Source: Actinomycetales bacterium (GTDB lineage Bacteria > Actinomycetota > Actinomycetes > S36-B12 > UBA5976). From it: a DNA stretch of 64,000 bases. Location: the NCBI GenBank assembly GCA_027484085.1, contig JAIXQF010000004.1:70162-134161 (forward strand), given 5' to 3'. Positions 57,678 through 64,000 of this stretch are shown one piece after another. The position numbers were made by a program, and so were the translations under genes. The notes beneath the pieces are model-generated. The model saw nothing but the letters and a program-made list of their open reading frames with translations, was not told the DNA's origin and made no database searches. The stretch's first letter is position 1, and each line of letters opens with the position of its first letter.

Positions 57678-57725
57678 TAGATCTCCTCTGTACTATGCAG
57701 ATTGCATAACTAATTGTATTCTTAC

Positions 57726-59180
57726 CTATTTGTTTAGGATTGCTCGCATCACGGAGGCTGCGATCGGAGCAGCTAAGGCGTTACCACTAACTTCCGATGC
57801 ACCCCCACCATTTTGAAGCACTACGGCAATGGCAACTTTAGATTGCGAGCTTGGTGCTAACCCAACAAACCATGCGTGGGCAGGTTCACCTGGCGCATTT
57901 TCGGCAGTTCCAGTTTTTCCGCCGACACTGATTCCAGGAATTCTGGCCTTCGATGCCGTGCCATTTTCAACAACGCCAACCATCATGTCTCGCAGAATTC
58001 GAGAATTTTCGATTGACATTGCGCGACCGAAAGCAGATGGATTAGTGCTTTGTAAAACCGTTAAATCTGGTCCAAGAACTTGGCTAACTAAATAGGGCTT
58101 CATTACAACGCCATCGTTAGCAATTCCGGCCGCAACCATAGCCATCTGCAAAACTGTTGCGCGAACATCAAATTGCCCGATCGCACTCATTGCCGTCTGT
58201 GGCTGGTTTGGGTCCACTGGGAATCGGCTAACCGCTGCATTCATAGGGACGCCAAATTCCGAATCAAAACCAAACTTCTTTGCCTGTTCATCAATGGCAT
58301 CGGCACCCAATTCCATACCGAGCCAAGCAAAAGCCGTATTGCAGGAGATCTCGAGTGCAGATTGCAGACTTGTCACATCGTCAGCACCACAGGACTTGCC
58401 ATTCCAGTTGCCAAGTTGAACATCGGTTCCTGGCAAATTGATTTTGGAAGGTCCGGGTAGTTCTGAATCGGCGGAATATTTTCCGGACTCTAGCGCAGCA
58501 GCAGCTGTAACCAATTTGAAAGTTGAACCCGGCGGAAGAGTCATCGCTAGTGGCCGATTCAGTAGTGGCTGATCTGGGTCCGCGTTTAGTTTTTCGTAAT
58601 TCGCCTGGATGTCACCGGCGTCATGGCTGGAAAGCAAGTTTGGATCAAATGACGGCGAACTTGCCAAAGCCAGAATTGCGCCAGTGGTTGGGTCAATCGC
58701 AACGACCGCACCCGTTCTGCCATTGAGAGCTTTCATGGCAGCAATCTGGGCATCAGGGTCGATGGTTAATCGAATTGCGCCACCCTTTGGTTCACGATTA
58801 GCAAACAATTGCTGAAGCCGATCCACAAAGAACCGACTGTCATTTCCAGCGAGCACACTATTTTCTTCAGATTCAATTCCGGTAGCGCCATAGACAACGG
58901 AATAGAAACCCGTGATGGCTGCATAGATTGAACCGTCGGCATATTCGCGCAAGTACTTTAAGGAATCATTCGTCGGCGTGGATTCCGCAATGGCCTGTGA
59001 TGCGAGCAAAATCGGTCCACGTTCGCGGGAATACTCAGTAAGTGTCACGCGTTGATTTCCAGACTGGCCCCTGAAGTCCCCAGCCTTGAATACCTGAATG
59101 TAGGAAAGGTTTACTATCAGCGCCAATAAAAGAAGAATTATGACTCCAGTGACCCGATTTATTTGTCTAATCACTGACAT
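57726..59180 (-). CDS. pbpA: Class B penicillin-binding protein PbpA
   Basis: STFK, SCN and KTGTA motifs. I chose the ATG at 59180 (MSVIRQINR...), which overlaps the rodA 3' end by 14 nt. Confidence 0.9.
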   Translation of the reverse strand: MSVIRQINRVTGVIILLLLALIVNLSYIQVFKAGDFRGQSGNQRVTLTEYSRERGPILLASQAIAESTPTNDSLKYLREYADGSIYAAITGFYSVVYGATGIESEENSVLAGNDSRFFVDRLQQLFANREPKGGAIRLTIDPDAQIAAMKALNGRTGAVVAIDPTTGAILALASSPSFDPNLLSSHDAGDIQANYEKLNADPDQPLLNRPLAMTLPPGSTFKLVTAAAALESGKYSADSELPGPSKINLPGTDVQLGNWNGKSCGADDVTSLQSALEISCNTAFAWLGMELGADAIDEQAKKFGFDSEFGVPMNAAVSRFPVDPNQPQTAMSAIGQFDVRATVLQMAMVAAGIANDGVVMKPYLVSQVLGPDLTVLQSTNPSAFGRAMSIENSRILRDMMVGVVENGTASKARIPGISVGGKTGTAENAPGEPAHAWFVGLAPSSQSKVAIAVVLQNGGGASEVSGNALAAPIAASVMRAILNK

Positions 59181-60552
59181 CGTCCTGACGTAGTACCAAA
59201 TCGGCATCGCTAACTTCCGGTGCCCGCGCTGCATTCGAGATCCGAATCAACAGCGCGATGATTATGTAGTTTGCGATCAAAGATGAGCCACCATATGACA
59301 GAAACGGTGTGGTCAAACCCGTAAGTGGCACCAGTCGAGTCACCCCGCCAATAACAATGAAGGTTTGAATTCCAATCACAGCGGTAAGCCCAATAGCTAA
59401 CAAATTTCCAAACGGATCCCGCGTCGCAACGGCGGCCCGCGCACCACGCTCTACAACGATTGCGAAAAGGAGCAAAATCGCGATCAAGCCCATCAGGCCC
59501 AACTCTTCACCAAGCGCAGAAGTTATGAAATCCGTTTTTGCGAATGGAACAAGTTGTGGGTAGCCCTGACCCCATCCAGTTCCAAAGATTCCACCGTTCG
59601 CAAATCCGTAAAGCGACTGAACAATTTGAAAGCCTGAACCATTGGCATCAGCAAACGGATCTAGCCAAATGTTGAAACGAATTCGAACGTGACCAAACGC
59701 GAAGTAAGCCAAACTGCCGCCCACTGTCAAGAGGCCAGCACCAATCAAGACCCAGGATCGTCGACCAGTTGCAACGTAAAGTGTCACGATAAACAGCCCA
59801 AATAAAAGTAACGAAGTTCCAAGATCTCGTTCCAAAATCAAAACCAAGAGAGCAGCAAACCAAACCAAAATCAAAGGACCTAAATCCTTAGCCCGCGGAA
59901 CACCAACCCCAAGAATCTTGTTGTGAATTAGAGCTAGCGAATGACGCCGTGACACTAAGAAGCCAGCGAAAAAGATGGTCAATGCGACTTTGGCCAGCTC
60001 TCCGGGTTGAAACGAAAATCCCAGAACGTTAATCCAAAGCCGAGCGCCATTGATTTCAGAACCGATGAATGGAAGTAGCGGGAAGAATAGGAGAACTATG
60101 CCAGCAAACCCCGCGGTAAACGTAAATCGCTGCAACCTTCTGTGATCAGTAACAAAAATCAAGATCAAGATGAAAGCCACTAAGCCAAGCAGCATCCAAG
60201 TTAGTTGTAAATAGACATCAGGAGTTGGCATTGGGCTGCCATTACTAATTGCACGTTGCGCAGCTGCAATGTCTAGACGATGAATCATCGCCAGTCCAAG
60301 CATGTTTAGGGCAGCCACACTTGGAAGTAGTAGCGGGTCTGCATATGGTGCTTGCCACCGCACAACTCCGTGAGTGATGAGCAACAACAGGCCAGCACTA
60401 AGTAATGAAGTCCAACCACCTAAGGAACTTTCACCTGTTGCTGAATCCACCAAGATCCAAGCGAAAACCCCAATAAGCCAGGCTCCTACAAGCAGAACTA
60501 ATTCTGCCGAACGCCGAGTTGATACTCGATAGCGATTCAGAGTTTCAGTCAC
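59167..60552 (-). CDS. rodA: SEDS-family peptidoglycan polymerase RodA/FtsW
   Basis: 10-TM SEDS sequence (QPGELAK, FGTGWGQG, TDFI, PFLSYGGSS). I chose the GTG at 60552, which forms a GTGA overlap with the pstP stop. Confidence 0.9.
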   Translation of the reverse strand: MTETLNRYRVSTRRSAELVLLVGAWLIGVFAWILVDSATGESSLGGWTSLLSAGLLLLITHGVVRWQAPYADPLLLPSVAALNMLGLAMIHRLDIAAAQRAISNGSPMPTPDVYLQLTWMLLGLVAFILILIFVTDHRRLQRFTFTAGFAGIVLLFFPLLPFIGSEINGARLWINVLGFSFQPGELAKVALTIFFAGFLVSRRHSLALIHNKILGVGVPRAKDLGPLILVWFAALLVLILERDLGTSLLLFGLFIVTLYVATGRRSWVLIGAGLLTVGGSLAYFAFGHVRIRFNIWLDPFADANGSGFQIVQSLYGFANGGIFGTGWGQGYPQLVPFAKTDFITSALGEELGLMGLIAILLLFAIVVERGARAAVATRDPFGNLLAIGLTAVIGIQTFIVIGGVTRLVPLTGLTTPFLSYGGSSLIANYIIIALLIRISNAARAPEVSDADLVLRQDDVSD

Positions 60553-61748
60553 TGAACTATCTCCGGGCAGCCAGGTGTTGTCGGAGTAAGTACACATAGG
60601 TTCGCACTTAACTCGAGGCGCTTCACAGCGGCCTCAGCACTTTCTAAATCGCCAGATTCGAAAGTTTGATAAACCTGATCTCGTTCAAAATCAGGCAAGC
60701 TTGCCGCTTCAATATTCGAAATTTCAACCAGCCGGTACATGCCACCAGCAGGAACACCTTGAAAAATGGCAACCACATCAGTCTTCTCGTACACACCCAC
60801 AAACCATTGGTTAGCTAACCACCAGAGCGTCATTCCAATACTGAGAGCAATTACTCCGATAGTTGCAAGGACCGGAGCCAGCCAGTTTCTGCCGACTTCC
60901 AAAACAATTTGATCTATGGCTTTGGGGGTCGATTCCCCTTCTTCGGGAAAATCAACGGCAGGCAGTCGTGACTGATTAGTGGAATCTGCAGCCGAACCAA
61001 TTAACACTGGATCAATTTCAATAGCGTCGCTAACTACATCAGCAACAACCACAGTTATGTTGTCCGGAGCTCCAGCCAACATTGCAGCATCAATCAGAAG
61101 AGTTACTACCTGGGTTAAATCTTCTTGGGAAAGACAATCCGAAATTGTGTTCGCGTCTATAACTCCACAAAGACCATCGCTACATAGTAAGTATCGATCG
61201 CCCTCGCGAGTTTCACGAACTGACAAGTCCACCTCAACAGCATGGATGCCATCGATGGCGCGCATCATCAAGTTACGTCGAGGATGCACAGCTGCTTGCT
61301 CTAATGTAATTTCACCTGAGTCAACCAAGGTCTGCACAAAAGTGTGATCCTTAGTCATTTGTTGAAGCACGCCGTCACGGTAAACATATGCGCGGGAATC
61401 ACCAACGTGTGCCATTGCAATTCGCTCTTCACGTAATGCCACAACAGTCATAGTTGTGCCCATGCCAGCTAAGTCTCGATTACCAGCCACAACATCAGCA
61501 ATGTATTCACCTGATGTAACTACTGCGTCCGAAAGTTGATGAAGAACTTCGTCGGCTCCTGCAGAATTTGAAGCGGCTGCGACAACTGCAGCTACCGTGG
61601 CAGCACTAGCAAGCTCGCCAGCTTCATGTCCTCCCATGCCATCTGCGACAACTAGTAAGTCAGTTGCCGCATAACCCGCATCTTCGTTGTTGCGACGCAC
61701 TTTTCCAATTTCAGATCGTGCGGCAAAACGAAGACTCAGATTTGTCAT
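60549..61748 (-). CDS. pstP: PP2C Ser/Thr phosphatase PstP
   Basis: RRNNEDA, DGMGGH and CSDGL motifs, then a TM segment and an extracytoplasmic tail. ATGA overlap with fhaB. Confidence 0.92.
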   Translation of the reverse strand: MTNLSLRFAARSEIGKVRRNNEDAGYAATDLLVVADGMGGHEAGELASAATVAAVVAAASNSAGADEVLHQLSDAVVTSGEYIADVVAGNRDLAGMGTTMTVVALREERIAMAHVGDSRAYVYRDGVLQQMTKDHTFVQTLVDSGEITLEQAAVHPRRNLMMRAIDGIHAVEVDLSVRETREGDRYLLCSDGLCGVIDANTISDCLSQEDLTQVVTLLIDAAMLAGAPDNITVVVADVVSDAIEIDPVLIGSAADSTNQSRLPAVDFPEEGESTPKAIDQIVLEVGRNWLAPVLATIGVIALSIGMTLWWLANQWFVGVYEKTDVVAIFQGVPAGGMYRLVEISNIEAASLPDFERDQVYQTFESGDLESAEAAVKRLELSANLCVLTPTTPGCPEIVQ

Positions 61749-62215
61749 GAGCTCAATTCCATACTGGTTTTGCCAATTCGTAATTGAGTACCTGGCTTAA
61801 AAACAGTTGGGGTTGAAACTCTAGTTTTATCGATCCAAGTTCCGTTTGTGGATCCAAGGTCTTCGACAATCCAATGATTTCCATTGGGTGTGAGGCTTGC
61901 GTGATGAGTGCTGACAAAGTCATCATCAAGAACGATGGTGGCATCGGAAGCTCGGCCAATGACGATAGGTGATGAGCCCAAGGGAACTACAGTTCCGCGC
62001 AAAGTTCCTTCAACAATTACTAGCTGTGTTGAAGTTTTTCTGGCTCGCAGCGTAGCTCGCGGACTTGGTCGCTGGCTAGTGCGCGCTGGAGTTAATGGCT
62101 TAGCATCACGAGGTGCCTGGAGGTCTCTACGCAAAACTGAAACCACGGTAAGTACAAACCACCACAGTGCAATTAGAAACCCAATTCGCAAAATGCTAAG
62201 TAATAATTCGGACAT
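61745..62215 (-). CDS. fhaB: FHA-domain protein FhaB (FipA-like)
   Basis: N-terminal TM segment and a C-terminal FHA domain (GR...D...D..VS..HA......W...DLGSTNGT). Confidence 0.9.
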   Translation of the reverse strand: MSELLLSILRIGFLIALWWFVLTVVSVLRRDLQAPRDAKPLTPARTSQRPSPRATLRARKTSTQLVIVEGTLRGTVVPLGSSPIVIGRASDATIVLDDDFVSTHHASLTPNGNHWIVEDLGSTNGTWIDKTRVSTPTVFKPGTQLRIGKTSMELSS

Positions 62216-62222
62216 GACCAGT

Positions 62223-62945
62223 TCACCTACTCTTGTAGGTAAGAGTTATGTTTCCAATTTTGATGATCGAACCATCATGAAGAACTGATTCACTCGCACG
62301 CGCACCATCGACGATAGTGCCATTTGTTGAGCCGAGGTCACGGATCAAAACCTCAGATCCTAAAACGATTGAGCAATGTAGGCGGCTGACACTGGTGTCA
62401 TCAATTTGAATATCGGCTTCAATGCCTCGGCCGACACTCGTGACTGACTTGGTGATCTTAAATTCTTCACCAGTTACTGATGTTAAGTATGGAGTTGATT
62501 CAGTTGCGAACGCGGAAAGCGGCATCTGTGGAACTGCGCTTTCAGCCACCGAGGCAGGTGCAACTGCACTTTCTGGACGTTTGGCAGCCGTGCTGCGAAT
62601 TCTAAAAACTCCGGTTTCCAGGTTCGGATCTAAATCAAAGGTGATGTGTGCCAAATCCACAGCGGTGTAACGCTGTTCATTGGTGTAGGAATCAGCCAAA
62701 CTTCCCAACTCAATACTCAATGTGCTGAAGTAGGTGGCTAGTCGCTCGTGATCTACTGGTCCAAGTTCGACAATGAAGATGTTTGGAACAACGGTCTGTC
62801 CATTTAAGTTGTCAGCGCGATTATCGATTTCCTGTTGTAGAGCTGCGCCTAGTTCTACTGGCTGAACTTCAGATTTGAAGGCCTTGGAAAATGAGCCATT
62901 TACGATTTGGTCTAGGCGCTGTTCCAAGTTTTCAAGTAAACCCAT
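62223..62945 (-). CDS. fhaA: FHA-domain protein FhaA (DUF3662 + FHA)
   Basis: N-terminal MGLLENLEQRLDQIVNGSF (DUF3662-like) and a C-terminal FHA domain (VGRG...D..VSRLH......IRDLGSTNGT). ATG at 62945 preceded by AAGGAG. Confidence 0.9.
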   Translation of the reverse strand: MGLLENLEQRLDQIVNGSFSKAFKSEVQPVELGAALQQEIDNRADNLNGQTVVPNIFIVELGPVDHERLATYFSTLSIELGSLADSYTNEQRYTAVDLAHITFDLDPNLETGVFRIRSTAAKRPESAVAPASVAESAVPQMPLSAFATESTPYLTSVTGEEFKITKSVTSVGRGIEADIQIDDTSVSRLHCSIVLGSEVLIRDLGSTNGTIVDGARASESVLHDGSIIKIGNITLTYKSR

Positions 62946-63057
62946 GGCAACTCCTTGGCTAGACACGAACTACAAATCCACAATTACAAATAGAGTTCAA
63001 TTCTACTTGACTGACGGATTTCCAACTTTTTCTAGAAAGCCCTGTAAAACCCGCTAT

Positions 63058-63294
63058 TTAAACGGTAAAAGCCACTAATAGCAGGGCCGCCACAGCCACA
63101 GCGACCATCGAAATTCCAACTTTTGTGGTCAAGATTTTCGCTGTCGCTGGTATGTAGGTTCCAATAAGTAGGACTAGGCCAAAGATCCAAAGTGGTGCGC
63201 CTTTTTCAAACGAGTTCTGGTAGCGCCAATTGATCAATCCAATTGCGAATAGTAAGTATCCGGCCCAGCGCATATTCAGAATTATTGTTTCCAC
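63058..63294 (-). CDS. Small hypothetical membrane protein (about 3 TM)
   Basis: 78-aa ORF made almost entirely of hydrophobic segments. No recognisable family. Confidence 0.45.
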   Translation of the reverse strand: METIILNMRWAGYLLFAIGLINWRYQNSFEKGAPLWIFGLVLLIGTYIPATAKILTTKVGISMVAVAVAALLLVAFTV

Positions 63295-63384
63295 ACTTTG
63301 ACTTTATCGGTTAACAGCTCTCGACTTGGACTAAACACCCATCCAATTGTTGCTTGAACCATATAAGCAAGGGATTATGTAGTC

Positions 63385-63879
63385 ATGGCTACTCCATCGA
63401 ATATCTATGACCTATCGTTCACAAATAATCGTGGGGAAGCGGTCTCGCTTGCTGATTACTCCGGTAAGCCAATCTTGGTAGTTAACACAGCAAGCAAGTG
63501 CGGATTTACTCCACAATACGAAGGCCTTCAAAAACTCCACGAAGAATTTCGAGAGCAAGGACTTATCGTTCTAGGTTTTCCATGCGATCAATTTGCACAC
63601 CAAGAGCCAGGCAATGATGCACAAATAGATGAGTTCTGCAAACTTAACTACGGAGTAGATTTTCCACTTTCCCAAAAAGTAAATGTTAACGGCAAAGATG
63701 CCCACCCAATTTTTCAATTTCTAAAAAGCAAGTCCAAAGGCTTACTTGGCGGCGCAGTGAAATGGAACTTTACGAAATTTTTGATTTCACCAGATGGTGA
63801 TTCAATCAAGCGTTACTCTCCAAATACTGCACCTGAAGACATTCGCCCTGACATTGAGGCTCTATTAGCGGGTAAGTAA
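63385..63879 (+). CDS. Glutathione peroxidase-family protein (Cys type)
   Basis: Active-site NTASKCGFT with a TGC Cys codon rather than TGA, plus LGFPCDQF and WNFTKFL. Confidence 0.9.
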   Translation: MATPSNIYDLSFTNNRGEAVSLADYSGKPILVVNTASKCGFTPQYEGLQKLHEEFREQGLIVLGFPCDQFAHQEPGNDAQIDEFCKLNYGVDFPLSQKVNVNGKDAHPIFQFLKSKSKGLLGGAVKWNFTKFLISPDGDSIKRYSPNTAPEDIRPDIEALLAGK

Positions 63880-63902
63880 AGTGGCTCACCTACGCTAGTG
63901 GG

Positions 63903-64000
63903 ATGAGTATTGATCCAGCACTGAGGGAACAAGTATCCAATTGGCTGTTGCAGGATCCGGATCCAAAAACAAAAGCTGAACTCACAAACCTTTTCCAGGC
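63903..64000 (+). CDS. Phospho-sugar mutase (PMM/PGM family), N-terminal fragment
   Basis: ATG at 63903 opens MSIDPALREQVSNWLLQDPDPKTKAELTNLFQ, which runs off the window end. The W...DPDP.T..EL pattern is typical of actinobacterial phosphomannomutase/phosphoglucomutase N-termini. Confidence 0.45.
   Translation, partial: MSIDPALREQVSNWLLQDPDPKTKAELTNLFQ

Noticed and set aside
62967-63057. Looked for the tRNA-Leu that follows fhaA in M. tuberculosis. Noted the 10-bp palindrome TTTCTAGAAA at 63029-38.
   Set aside because: No cloverleaf, T-loop (GTTCGAATC-like) or acceptor pairing could be built from this stretch. The palindrome is short and AT-rich and could arise by chance.
63385-63879. Checked for selenocysteine recoding in the glutathione peroxidase.
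   Set aside because: The active-site codon is TGC (Cys), there is no in-frame TGA, and no SECIS-like hairpin is needed.
1-64000. Searched by eye for CRISPR repeats, transposase/IS ends, toxin-antitoxin pairs, restriction-modification or other defence cassettes, and long direct repeats.
   Set aside because: None was found. Every ORF above about 100 aa on the coding strand could be assigned to a housekeeping or conserved actinobacterial family, and intergenic spacers are short.

Overview
This window is the chromosomal replication-origin neighbourhood of an actinobacterium, and both replichore arms are visible. The left arm is mostly on the minus strand: dnaA-dnaN-recF-dciA(DUF721)-gyrB-gyrA-DUF3566-tRNAIle-small ORF-tRNAAla, an MFS transporter, dnaB, two aminotransferases flanking a HAMP/SpoIIE phosphatase, then GatB/YqeY, a class A PBP, whiB, RidA, crp, nth, Nudix, a MarP-like protease and acs. 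The right arm starts on the plus strand: rpmH-rnpA-yidD-yidC-jag-rsmG-parA-parB, then cwlM-trxA-trxB, a MurJ plus pseudokinase pair, DUF6049, the CCA enzyme, ino1-padR, DUF5318 and a PBP with a PASTA domain. It continues with an Alr-like/FemAB pair, nfo, rpsF-ssb-rpsR-rplI, ppiA, a rhomboid, crgA, DUF881, trpG and the pknB-pbpA-rodA-pstP-fhaB-fhaA operon. Gene content and local order track M. tuberculosis Rv0001-Rv0058, Rv3667-Rv3682 and Rv3907c-Rv3924c. The DNA is visibly AT-richer than classical Actinobacteria (two sampled 60-nt lines gave 28/60 and 26/60 G+C). Packing is extreme, with many 1-8 nt overlaps and two convergent overlaps, which fits a streamlined, possibly freshwater actinobacterium; that taxonomic guess is inference only. 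I found no rRNA, CRISPR array, transposase, integrase, prophage or recognisable defence genes. I also found no convincing novel multi-gene system. The observations most worth a second look are non-coding or architectural: (1) oriC with a recognisable DnaA-box/GC/DnaA-trio/AT-rich module; (2) extra-origin DnaA-box clusters directly upstream of dnaB and over the RBS region of the DUF881 gene after crgA; (3) three identical parS cores, with a ParB that carries a histone-like Lys/Ala/Pro-rich linker; (4) a 37-codon ORF nested between two tRNAs; (5) a MurJ / dead-kinase / discoidin module split into two genes; (6) a perfect CRP-type palindrome between convergent genes; (7) an Alr-like plus FemAB pair. 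All functional calls rest on motif recognition by eye and remembered synteny. No database search was run.
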